Positions 30,722 to 50,859 of a stretch of DNA of 64,000 nt are shown here, in pieces (positions within the stretch are counted from its first letter, which is position 1; every line of letters begins with the position of its first letter). The stretch lies in NCBI RefSeq assembly GCF_009914755.1, contig NC_060928.1, one strand, 5' to 3'. The notes beneath the pieces are model-generated. The model was not told where the DNA came from. It did not search any database and saw nothing but the letters and a program-made list of their open reading frames with translations. The position numbers and the translations under genes are program-made. The stretch comes from the human T2T-CHM13v2.0 reference genome, Homo sapiens.

Positions 30722-33700
30722 CTTTTTTTATTCTTTTATTTTTCACCTTTTTTTCTTTTTTTCTTCTAAAATAAAAGAAATAGGATACATGTGCAAAACG
30801 TGCAGGTTTGTTACATAGGTATACATGTGCCATGGTGGTTTGCTGCACCTATTAACCCATCATCTAAGTTCCCTCCCCTCACCCCCACATCCCAACAGGC
30901 CCTGGTGTGTGTTGTTCCCCTCTCTGTGTCCATGTGTTCTCAATGTTCAACTCCCACTTATGAGTGAGAACATGCAGTGTTTGGTTTTCTATTCCTGTGT
31001 TAGTTTGCTGAGGATGATGCCTTCCAACTTCTTGCATGTCCCTGCAAAGGACATGATCTCATTCCTTTTTATGGCTGTATAGTATTCCATGGTGTATATG
31101 TACCAAATTTTCTTTATCCGTCTATCATTGATGCGCATTTGGGTTGGTTCCATGACTTTGCTATTGTGAATAGTGCTGCAATAAACATACGTGTGCATGT
31201 GTCTTTATAGTAGAATGATTAATATTCCTTTGGGCATATACCCAGTAATGGGACTGCTGAGTCAAATGGTATTTCTGGTTCTAGACCCTTGAGGAATCGC
31301 CATATTGTCTTCTATAAGGGTTGAACTAATTTACATTCCCACCAACTGTGTAAAAGTGTTCCTATTTCTCCACAGCCTTGACAGCATCTATTGTTTCCTG
31401 ACTTTTTAATATTTGCCATTCTGACTGGCATGAGATGGTATCTCACTGTGGTTTTGATTTGCATTTCTCTGATGATTAGTGATGTTGAGCTTTTTTTCAT
31501 ATGCTTGTTGGCCATGTAAATGTCTTCTTTTGCGAAGCGTCTGTTCATATACTTTGCCCACTTTTTAATTGGGTTGTCTTTTTCTCCTAAAAAGTTTCCT
31601 GTAAATTCTGGATATTAGACCCTTGTCAGATGGGTAGATGCAAAAATTTTCTCCCATTCTGTAGGTTGCCTGTTCCCTCTGATGATAGTTTCTTTTGCCG
31701 TGCAGAAGCTCTTTAGTTTAATTAGATCTCATTTGTCAATTTTGGCTTTTGTTGCAATTGCTTTTGGCATTTTCATTATGAAGTCTTTGCCATGCCTATG
31801 TCCTGAATGGTATTGCCTAGGTTTTCTTCTAGGGTTTTTATGGTTTGGGATTTTACATTTATGTCTTTAATTTATCTTGAGTTTATTTTTGTATAAGGTG
31901 TAAGGAAGGGGTACAGTTTCTGTTTTCTGCATATGGCTAGCCAGTTTTCCCAGCACTGTTTACTGAATGAGATTCTTGCCCCATTGCTTGTTTTTGTCGG
32001 GTGTGTTGATGATCAGATGGTTGTAGATGTGTGGTATTATTTCTCAGGTCTCTGTTCTGCTCCATTGGTCTATATGTCTGTTTTGGTAACAGTATCATGC
32101 TGTTTTGGTTACTGTAGCCTTGTAGTACAGTTTGAAGACAGGTAACGTGATGCCTCCAGCATTGTTCTTTTTTCTTAGGATTGTCTTGACTATAAGAAGT
32201 CTTCTTTGATTCCACATGAAATTTAAAACAGTTTGTTCTAATTCTGTGAAGAAAGTCAGTGGTAGTTTGATGAGAATAGCATTGAATCTATAAATTACTT
32301 TGGGTAGTATGGCCATTGTCATGATTCTTTCTATCCACGAGGATGGAATATTTTTCCATTTGTTTGTGTCCTTTCTGATTTCCTTGAGCAGTGGTTTGTA
32401 GTTCTCCTTGAAGAGGTCCTTCACATCCTTTGTTAGCTGTATTTCTAGGTATTTTATTTTCTTTGTAGCAATTGTGAAGGGGAATTCATTCATGATTTCA
32501 CTCTCTGTTTGCCTATTGTTGGTGTAAAGGAATGCTTGTGATATTTTTGCACATTGATTTTGTATCCTGAGACTTTGTTGAAGTTGCTTATCAGTTCAAG
32601 AAGTTTTTGGGCTTAGATGATGGGATTTTCTAAATATAAAATCATGTCAGCTGCAAATAGAGACCACTTGACTTTCTCTCTTCCTATTCGAATACACTTT
32701 ATTTCTTTCTCTTGTTTGATTGCCCTGACCAGAACTTCCAATACTATGTTGAATAGGAGTGGTGAGAGAGGGCATCTTTTTCTTTTACTGGTTTGTAAAG
32801 GAAATGCTTCCAGATTTTGCCCATTCAATATGATATTAGCTGTGGGTTTGTCATAAATAGCTCTTATTATATTGAGATATGTTCCATCGATACCTAGTTT
32901 ATTGAGAGTTTTTAACATGAAGTGATGTTGAATTTTATCAAAGGCCTTTGCTGCATCTATTGAGATAATTATGTGGTTTTTGTCTTTGGTTCTGTTCATC
33001 TGATTTGCATATATGTTGAACCAGCCTTGCATCCCAGGGATGAAGCCGACTTGATTGCGGTGGGTGAGTATTTTGATGTGCTGCTGGATTTGGTTTGCCA
33101 GTATTTTACTGAGGATTTTCGTATCAATGTTCATCAGGGATATTGGCCTGAAGTTTTCTTTTTTTGTTGTGTCTCTGCCAGGTTTTGGTATCAGGGTGAT
33201 GCTGGCTTCATAAAATGAGTTCAAGAAGAGTCCCTCCTTTTCAGTTGTTTGGAATATTTTCAGAAGGAATGGTAAGAACTTCTCTTTGTATTTATGGTAG
33301 AATTCAGCTGTGAAGCTGTCTGGTTCTGGGCTTTTTTTGGTTAGTAGGCTATTAATTACTGCCTCAATTTCAGAGCTTGTTATTGGTCTATTCAGGGATT
33401 CAACTTCTTCCTGGTTTAGTCTTGGTAGGATGTTGGCATCCAGGAATTTATCCATTTCTTCTAGATTTTCTAGTTTATTTGCATATAGATGTTTATAGTA
33501 TTCTCTGATGGTAGTTTGTATTTTTGTAGGGTCAGTTGTGATATCCTCTTTATCATTTTTTACTGTGTCTATTTAATTAATCTCTCTCTTCTTTATTAGT
33601 CTAGCAAGTGGTGTATTGTGTTAATTTTTTGAAAAACCAGCTCCTGGATTTGTTGATTTTTTTGGAGGGTTTGTAGTATTTCTATCCTTCAATTCTTCTC

Positions 33701-36700
33701 TGATCTCAGTTATTTCTTGTCTTCTGCTAGCTTTGGTTACTTTGCTGTTGCCTCTCTAGCTCTTTTAATTGTGACGTTAGGGTTTTGATCTGACATCTTT
33801 CTGATGTGGGCATTTAGTCCTATAAATTTTCCCCTTAACACTACTTTAACACTGTCCCAGAGATTCAGGTATGTTGTCTCTTTGTTCTCATTGGTTTCAA
33901 AGGACTTCTTGATTTCTGCCTTAACTTCATTATGTACCTAGGAGTCACTCAAGAGCAGGCTGTTCAAATTTCATGAAATTGTGTGGTTTTGAATGAATTT
34001 CTTAATCCTGAGTTGTAATTTCATTGCACTGTGATCTGAGCGGCTGTTATGATTTCAGGTATTGCATTTGCTAAGGAGAGTTTTACTTCCAATTATGTGG
34101 TCAGTTTTAGAATAAGTGTCATGTGGCACTGAGAAGAATGTACATTCTGTTGATGAGGGAGAGAGTTCTGTAGACATCTACTAGATCCACTTGATCCAGA
34201 TCTGAGTTCAGGTCCTGAATATCCTTGTTAATTTTCTGTCTCATTGACCTGTCTAATACTGGCAGTGTGGTGTTAAAGTCTCCCACTCTTATTGTGTGGG
34301 AGTCTAAGTCTCTTTGTAGGTCTCTAAAAACTTGTTTTATGAATCTGGGTGCTCCTTATTGGTTGCATATATAATCAGAATAGTTAGCTCTTCTTGTTGA
34401 ATTGTTCCCTTTACCATTATGTAATGCCCCTCTTCGTCTTTTTTGATCTTTGTTGGCTTAAAGTCTATTTTTTCAAAGACTAGGATTGAAACCCTGCTTT
34501 TTTTTTCTTTCCATTTGCTTGGTAAATTCTCCTCTATCCCTTTATTTTGAGCCTGTGTGTGTCTCTGCATGTAAGATGGGTCTCCTGAATATAGCACACT
34601 GATGGGTCTTGACTCTTTATCCAATTTGTCAGTCTGTGTCTTTCACTTGGGGCATTTAGCCCATTTATATTTAAGGTTAGTATTGTTATGTGTGAATTTG
34701 ATCCTGTCATCATGATGCTATTTTGTTATTTTGTGCACTAGTTGATGCAGTTTCTTCACAGTGTCATTGGTCTTTATATTTTGGTGTGTTTTTGCAGTGG
34801 CTTGTACCAGTTTTTCTGTTCTGTATTTAGTGTTTCTTTCAGGAGCTCTTGCAGGGCAGGCCTGGTGGTAATGAAATCCCTCAGCATTTGCTTCTCTAGA
34901 TTTCCCCTTTGCTTATGAAGCTTAGTTTGGCTGGATATGAAATTCTGGGTTGAAAATTATTTTCTTTAAGAATGTTGAATATTGGCCCCCACTCTCTTCT
35001 GGCTTGTAGGGTTTCTGCAGAGAGATCTGCTGTTAGTCTGATGGGCTTCCCTCTGTAGGTAATCTGACCTTTCTCTCTGGCTGCCCTTAACATTTTTCCT
35101 TCATTTCAACCTTGGAGAATCAGATGATTATGTGTCTTGGGGTTGATCTTCACATGGAGTATCTCAACGGTGTTCTCTGTATTTCCTGAATTTGCATGTT
35201 GACCTCTCTTGCTGAAGTGTGTTTTCCAGCTTGTTCCCATTCTCCCCATCTCCTTCTGATACTCCAATCAATCGTAGGCTCGGTCTTTTTATGAGGTCCC
35301 ATATTTCTTGGAGGCTTTGTTCATTCCTTTTCATTCTTTTTTCTCTATTCTTCTCTGCATGTCTTATTTCAGTAAGATGGACTTCAAACTCTGATATCCT
35401 TTCTTCCACTTGGTCAGTTTGGCTGTTGATATTTAAGTATGTAGATACATAATATGTTGATATTATGTATGTATATTATGTATGCATATGTTAATATTTA
35501 GGTATGCTTCACAAAGTTCTCCTGCTGCATTTTTCAGCTCCATCAGGTCCTTTATGTTCCTCTCTAAACTGGTTATTATAGTTAGCAATTCATCTAACCT
35601 TTTATCTAAGTTCTTAGCTCCTTTGCATTAGGTTAGAACACACTCCTTTAGCTCATCATAGTTTTTTATTACCCATTTTCTAAAGCCTACTTCTGTCAAT
35701 TCGTCCATCTGATCCTCCATCCAGTTTTGTCCCCTCGATGGAGACACACTGTAATCATTTGGAGGAGAAGAGGCACTCTGGCCTTTTGGGTTTTCAGCAT
35801 TTTTTTGTTGATTCTTTCTCAGCTTTATAAGTTTGTCTGGTTTCAGTCTTTGAGGCTGCTGACTCTTGGATGGGGTTTTTGTGGGGACCTTTTTGTTGTT
35901 GTCGTTGTTGCTTTCTGCTTGTTTGTTTTTCTTTCAATAGTCGGGTCTCTTTTCTGTAGGGCTGCTGCAGTTTGCTGGGGGTTCACTTCAGACCTTATTC
36001 ATCTGATTTGCTCCCGTGCCTGGAGATGTGACTCAAGGAAGTTGGAGAGCAGCAAAGATGGGTGCCTGCTCCTTCTGCTGGAACCTCTGACCTCAAGGGG
36101 CACCAACCTGATGCCAGCAGGATTATTCCTATATAGGGTGTCTGACAACCCCTGTTGAAGGGTCTCACCCAGTTGGGTGTCACAGGGAACAGGATGCATT
36201 TAACAAAGCACTTTGTCCCTTGGTGGAGAGGTTGTGCTTTTCTTGGGGGAAACTCACTCGTCTGGGCTGCCCAGATTCCTCAGAACTGCCAGGAGGAGAG
36301 ACTAAGTCTGCTGGTCAGCAGAGACTGTGGCCATGCCTCCCCCTAGGGGCTCAGGCCCAGGGAGTTCCAAATTCTGTTCCTGAGCCTCTGGCTGGCGTTA
36401 TTGGAGATCCTGCAGGGAAGCCCTGTCCACTGAGAAAGGATGGGTCAAGTTTAGACCTGAAGAGGCACTCTGGCTGCACACTGCCACAGCCAGTGTGTTG
36501 GGCTGTGGGGACAATTCTTGGGGCCAAGCCACCCAGCTTCCCTGGCTCCAGCAGGGGAAAAGCACAGACTGGAGCTCTGGAAATGGGTGCCACCCTTCTC
36601 CTGCCCAGGAAGATTAGCATGTTAGGCAGTTGTGAGTCTCAGTGCTGGTTGCTGCCCCTCCCCCAAGGAGCTCAAATGGCTTAGACAGGAGGCAGCCACA

Positions 36701-37134
36701 GCCTGTGCTGGTTGCCCCTCCCCGTGGGAGTTCAGTAAGCTTAAGCAGACTCCAGCTGAGAGGCTCTAAAAATCTGTGTGTTCTGGGGTTGGGACGCTAA
36801 GCCCCAGTCGCATGGATTCGTAAGAGGGATACTCTGATCCATGGGTTGCACAGTTTCATGGAAAAAGCACAGTTTCCCCGGCTGGATAGCATGCTCAGTC
36901 ACTGCCTCCCTTGGCTGGGGGGATGGGGTTCCCCTTCCCTGTGTGGTTCTCAAGTGGGCCGCAGCACCACACTGCTCTTCCTTTTCTGCATGGGTCACGC
37001 CAGCGTTCTAGTCAGTTTTGGTGAGAGAATCTGGATACCTTGGTTGCTGGTGAAGGATTCACACGTTTATTATCCTTTTTTCTGAAGAGAGCCTCCCAAC
37101 CGCGCTGCTTCTAGTCAGCCATCTTGGCCCCACC
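30722..37134 (-). mobile_element. Full-length L1PA8, decayed
   Basis: L1PA8-type 3' end (ttcttctaaaa...ggatacatgtgc; tctaagttccctcccctc), ORF2 pieces (32613-33455), ORF1 pieces (34896-35409), and a 5' end GGGGCCAAGATGGCTGACTAGAAGCAGC. Confidence 0.9.
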
Positions 37135-37348
37135 GTCTGAAGTCAGCACATGCTTTTCAACGGCCCGCTTTTCAACAGCACGTGTTTACTTCATGACTCT
37201 GTGTCACATTTTGGTAATTCTCACAATATTTTAAACATTTTTATTTTTATTATATATATTATGGTGATCTGCAATCAGTGATCTTTGATTTTACTATTGT
37301 AAATGTTTTGGGGTGCCATAATTCATGACCATATGAGATGGCAAACTA

Positions 37349-37682
<334 letters not shown>

Positions 37683-39083
37683 CTAAATACATGTGTGTTC
37701 TTACTTCTCCACCACCATCCTTTCTCCTATCTCTTATCTCTGTCTTCTCCTCAGGCCCTTCTGTTCGCTGAGACACAATAATATTGAAATTAGGCAAATT
37801 GATAACCCTATAATGGCTTCTAGTTGTTCAAGGGAAAGAAAGAGTCACACGTTTCTCACTTTACATAAAACGTTAGAAATGATTAAGCTTAGTGAGGAAG
37901 GCATGTCAAAAACAGAGATCAGCTGAAAGCAAGGCCTCCTGTGCCAAACAGCCAAGTTGTGAATGCAAAAGCAAAAGTTCTCGAAAAAATTAAAGTGCTA
38001 CTCCAGTGAACACAGGAACAATAAGAAAGGGAAACAGCCTTATTGCTGAAATGGATAGAGTTTTAGTGGTCTGGATAGATCAAACCAGCCATAATATTCC
38101 CTTAAACTTAAGCCAAAGCCTCACCCAGAGCAAAGCCCTACCACTCTTCAATTCTTTGAAGGCTGAGAAAGCTTCAGAAGAAAAGATGGAGGCTAGCAGA
38201 GGCTAGTTCACGAGATTTAAGAAAAATGGCTGTCTTTAAAACATAAAAGGACAAGACGAAGCAGTTAAGTGCTGATGGAGAAGCTGCAACAAGTTATCCA
38301 GATGATTTAAGCTAAGATCATTGGTGAATGTGGCTACACTAAAAAACAGACATTCAATATGAGTGAAACAGCCTTATATGAAAAAAGATGCCATCTAGGA
38401 CTTTCATTGTTAGAAAGGAGAAGTCAACGCCTGGCTTCAAAGCAAAGGGTGGACTGACTCTTGTTACAGGTTAATGCAGCTGGTGACTTTAAATGGAAGC
38501 CAATGCTATTTACAATTTAGAAAATTCCAGGCCCCTTAAGAATGATGCTAAATCTTCTCTGCTTCTCTACAACTGCACCAAAGCCTGGATGACAGTATAC
38601 CTGTTTACAGCAAGATTTACTGAATATTTTAAGTCCACTGCTGAGACCTACTGCTAAGAAAAAAAGATTTCATTCAAAATATTATTGTTCATTGATAATA
38701 TACCTGAACACCCAAAAGCTCTGATGGAGATGTATAAAGAAATGAATATCCTTTTTATGCCTTCTATATTAGTCCTTTCTCACACTGCTATACTGAAATG
38801 TCTGAGACTGGGTAATTTATAAAGAAAAGAGTTGTAATTGGTTTATAGTTCTGCAGGTGTACAGGAAGCATGGCAGCATCTGCTTGGCTTCTGGGGGGGG
38901 CCTCAAGAAACTTACAGTCATGATGGAAGACAAAGGGGGAGGTATCACTTCATATGGCTGAAGCAGGAGGAAGAGAGAGGGCAGAGAGTTGATGCACACT
39001 TTTAAACACCAGATATCATGAGAACTCACTCACTCTCATGAGGACAGCAACAAGGTGATGGTGCTAAACTATTCATTACGGAT

Positions 39084-41722
<2,639 letters not shown>

Positions 41723-42508
41723 GAAGAATGTAACATGTTGGGGAATCAGAATGAAATAAACTTAGATCAAATTAAAAAAACACAAAGCCTAGTTTAAAAA
41801 AAAATTCTGAATCTCCTCTTCTCACCCTTTCTTATGGAAAGTTCAAGCAAATAATCACAGTTTTATTCCATTTGTGGAAAATAGCTACTCGCTAAGAATA
41901 GATATGCATTGAAAAAAAGATGACTTATCTGTAATTACTTAAATATTTTACTATATTAATAATAACCTTAATGCTACAGCTAAACTGAGGAAAGAGAGAA
42001 TATAGGAAAAAGAGAGGGAGAGGCAGAAATGCAGGTGAATATTATGGCCAAATGGAAGTGGCCAAAAGTCACTTGTGATTTATGCCAGAGACCAAAAGTC
42101 AGGTGTTTTTACTTGTATTTGAATAAACCCATTATGCCTAAATAAATGTTTCAACAGAAATACTTGATGTACAATTACCTCATCTAGGCTGCTGCATAAG
42201 GCAATATTCTTCATATTCTGCATTTGAAAATGGAGTTCTTATCAGGCTCACATTTTTAGCATCCTGAGTCATTAAACAATCTATCTAATTTGAGATAGCA
42301 TTTTTAGAAAATAAGTACCTTGTCTGTCTTTATACCACATTATTTCAGTGGTCAGGATCCCTTAATTAGTTTTCATGAAGAAATACATGCCACACAATGT
42401 GAGTGATGTTCCATTATTACCCAAAGTTTCCTACTGTAATTTGAATTGTCATCCAAAAAAATTATAAAAATAAAATAAAAATACCTGCATTCTTGAAAAA
42501 AAAAAAAA
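41723..42508 (+). other. L1 3' transduction with its own poly(A)
   Basis: Unique sequence after the L1 poly(A), AATAAA at 42469-42479, A13 at 42496-42508, then the MST resumes. Confidence 0.88.
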
Positions 42509-45381
42509 GGATCTACCCCCATGATCCAATCACCTCCCATGAGGCCCCACCTTCAACACTGGGGATTATAATTCAACATGAGATTTGGTGGAGACACAGA
42601 TCCAAACTATGTCACCTGCTGACACATTTGCAGCTCATGGATCAAGCAGTAATTTTAATTTTCAAGACTTATTATTTAAGGAATATGTTTTGTCAGGCTA
42701 TAGCTGCCATTGATAGTGATTCTTCTGATCTGAGCAAAGTCAATTGAAAATCTTCTAAAAAGCGTTCACCATTCTTGATTCCATAAAGAACATTCAGATT
42801 TATGGGAGGATTTCAAAGTATCAACATTAACAGGAGTTTGGAAAAAGTTGACTCCAACCCTCATGGATGACATTGAGGAGTTCAAGACTTCAGCGGAGGA
42901 AGAAACTGCAGATGTGGTGGAAATAGCAAGGGAACTATAATGAGAGGTTACGTCTAAAGATGTGACTGAATTTCTGCAATCTCATGATAAAACTAAAATA
43001 GATGAAAAGTTGATTCTTATGGATAAATAGATAAGCAGAGAAAGTGGTTCCTTGAGATGGACTCTACGGCTGATGAAGCTGCTATGAACATTGTTGAAAA
43101 GACAAAAACGTTTAAAATATTACATAAACTTAAACAAGCTGTTACAGAGTTTGAGAGGATTGACTCCAACTTTGAAAGTTCTACTGTGGGTAAAATGCTA
43201 TCAAACAGCATCACATGCTACTGATAAATCTTTCATTGAAAAGTCAGTTAATAAGAAGATTCAATTACTGCAGGAAGCTTCATTATTGTCTTATTTTAAG
43301 AAAGACACAATGCCACAGCCACCTTAAACTTCAGTATCCAGAACCCTGATCAGTCGGCACCCATCAACATCGAGGCAAAACCCTTCACCAGCAAAAAGAC
43401 TACAATTTGCCGAAGGCTCATATGATCATTAGCATTTTCTAGCAATAAAATATTTCTGAAGTTATGTACATTTTTTAGGTATAATGCTACTGCACACACA
43501 ATAAACCCCAGTATAGTGTCAACATAATTTTTATATGCACTGGGAAACCAAAAACTTTGTGTGACTTGCCTTATTGAGACATTCACTTTATTGCAGTGGT
43601 CTGGAACTAAATCTACAATATCTCTGATGTATGCCTGTATTAAACATTTATCATCAGCAAACCAGTGAACAGACCTAGAACCACACACTGAAATATAATA
43701 CACTGAATTAATACAAAAGGAGCCATGTTTATGAATTAATAGAATAAGAAATTGCTTAAGTATGGGTCACATTTATATAGTAAGATTTGTAACTGTTAAT
43801 GAGCTGCTTTAGTATGGCACAATCAAAAAGCTATTTTATTCTTTCTCCCTTTGCTCCTTCAATACCTCTCTAAAATCTAGTTGTTTCCTTAATCCCTTTA
43901 ATTAAGTCATTTGGCCTTTATAGCACATCTGAATCACAAGGGTAATCTCATTCCAATAATTAAAATTTCCAGTCCAATCTAACATAATATTATGACTTCA
44001 AGATGAATTCAATATAAACACATCTCTAGACCTAACTCAGGTCAGCTTCAGACTTAGAAGCCTGAAGAATGAGAAGGAAGTATATGAAAAAGTAATAATA
44101 ATAGTAAATAAGTAAACAAAAAAACCTTCTGACAGTGTATAAAAGGGTATCCAAATTTTATTACAATCTTGCTATAAGAAAGAAGGCCTTTAGCAGACTA
44201 ATTCTGCAATTTTCTCTTGGAAGGAACATTTTATAAGCAAAGAACATGGCCTGAAAATTATTAGACTATTAGACTAAACCGAAATTGAAAAGAATGAATA
44301 AGGTCCACTAGGTGAATAATAGTCAGTGGAGTAGGTGGGTGAAGGGTAAATGATTTCCCAAAACAAGTCTTAATCCCATTAAATGTGAGAAAATGGTTTA
44401 AGCACTTTATGGGGAATACTGATTATTTATCACAGGAAATTACAAATCTCATTACACAAAAATATTGTTTTTTAGACAAGTTTGGGGGTTATTTTTCATT
44501 CAGAGAAGTTAACATCTTTTCACTCCTACTTTCTCTATGCTACTATCATTGACAGAGGGAAAAGAGATTAAATGAAAAAGGCACAAATATGTGCCTGGAA
44601 AGGTTGTGATCTATCCATGGTGTCCTCTTGGGTTTCGTAAATGTTTGCAGCTCACACTTTCTCCTATGAGTCACGCTGATGCATCCATGTGATAGTCCTT
44701 CACTGGGAACTTCCATCTGCAAGCATTGACCAGAGCGACATACTCCATCTGGCTGCTTTTGACTCCCCCTCATCATCTGGGCTTCTGAAGTTCTGTTCTT
44801 TTTTTACTGGGTCACTCTACCCATCTTGATAGTCATTTGGAAGAAAGCTCCAGAAAGGATTCCACCCACATAGTCCATATCTGGTCCATGGGTAATAACA
44901 ACTTTGGCCCCACCACTGATGGTGAAAGTACAGTTGACTTCTGATTTATTCCTCTCTTTTCTCTTCTCTGCTGCCTCAGGCCAATCTAGGCACAGCATTT
45001 CATCTTAACCTTGATATTCTCTTAAATTCTGAAGGCACCTGTCCATATTTCTGAGTAGTTCTCTTGAAGTCTTTCTTACATAAAGTGGAGGAATCCCACA
45101 CATGCACTCGTCTCTCATATTTAGGAGCGGGAGGTCAGTGCAGGATATGTCATCACACTCCAACAATTCTCCCTAACGGAATCCTCTCCTTATACTCATT
45201 AACTCATTAATCCCCACTCTTTTACGGACGGAGGTAGAGGACTTCTTATATTGGCAGAATCAGTTTTCCAGACATTTATCTCATCCTATATAACTCACTT
45301 TAAGTTATGTAAATACTTACACCTATTGTATGTTTCTTGGACTTTGATATTTTAACTGAAACTCAGAAGAAGAAAGAGTCC

Positions 45382-49710
<4,329 letters not shown>

Positions 49711-49967
49711 GAAGAAGAAAGAGTCCTTTTTTAACATCGCAGAGTAAAAGTGAAGGAGAAGAAAAACAGCTAAGTTGGAAAGGCAACAGAAGATGTTTTA
49801 CAAAAGTGAGACTTTTAAAGGAAATTAGAAAATAAGCAGAGGATGTTCAGCAGAACTGCTTCCAATCTATTTGCTAGAATTTCTACTCAAACCTGAAAAC
49901 CCACAGGAAAACAATGAAAGATATTTACAGACAAGAAACAAGTTATAGGAGAAATTGTGCCCTCAGC

Positions 49968-50106
49968 AATCTCATTTATTCATGTATTCATTCCCTCAAT
50001 AGACATTTATTGAGTGCCTACTACGTTTGGCAGAGGAAATGGAGAGGTGAAAATGGCATAACACTTGCTTCACATAAAGAGTTGATCATTTCATGACAGA
50101 GACAGA
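49968..50106 (-). mobile_element. L2 3' end
   Basis: attcattccctcaatagacatttattgagtgcctact. Confidence 0.7.
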
Positions 50107-50859
50107 ATGCAATGAGGTGTGCCTACAAGGAAAATGGAGTAAGACAAATAAGTTGAAGCTTCAATTACTGGCTTGTAAGAGATTATCAGTAATCAAAACT
50201 GACATGAAATAAACTAAGAGGAAACAACATCTTAAAGAGACAACTGAAAAAATTATGTGAAATTTTGGTAAGTTCTAAGAAAGGGAAAGGCAAGTTGAAG
50301 ACTTAATTTATCTTTCAATTCTCTGTTGGCCTACAAAATTTGATTGGTTTTCATTTTTATGAATGAAGAGCTGCACAAATGCTAGACAGCTTTAAATAAA
50401 TAAAGAAGAGAACACGAAAAATCTAAGAACTTTTTAGCCCATTTGTTTATAGATAATCCAACTGGGGAAAAATACTGAGAGTTTCCTTTTAGAAAACAAA
50501 ATACTCTATTTAAAACAAACAAACAAACATGAGATTACTAAAAGAAATCCAGAGTCAAAAAGAATTATACCTAACAAGATATTAAATTCAATGGAAACAA
50601 GATTCAAATGGTCAATGCAGATCATCATTTTTCAAAACAGCAAAAGCCACTTGGCAACATTTAACTAGAGGCAAGGTAGACATAATTACCACAACAAGCC
50701 TCAAAGATAGAATAGCACCCATGAGTCCTGACCTTCATGACTCCATAGATGTGTTATAATCCAGAGTGTTCCTGTGGGCAAGATGGGTAGTCAGGCAACA
50801 CAAGCAATACAAGTGTATTGCTCATGCTATAGAACCAAAACAGATCAAGAGTAGGTAAG

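Noticed and set aside
37693-38206. Domesticated TIGD1-like gene
   Set aside because: The transposase is broken by stops, frameshifts and a multi-kb insertion.
44540-45200. Minus-strand ORFs (44546-44776, 44804-44998) as a processed pseudogene
   Set aside because: I recognise no protein, poly(A) or TSD. It may be an old LTR remnant; a BLASTX/Dfam search is needed.
49968-50106. Local donor of the L2 patch inside L1 C
   Set aside because: It shares only the generic L2 core (tagtaggcactca); the flanking sequence differs.
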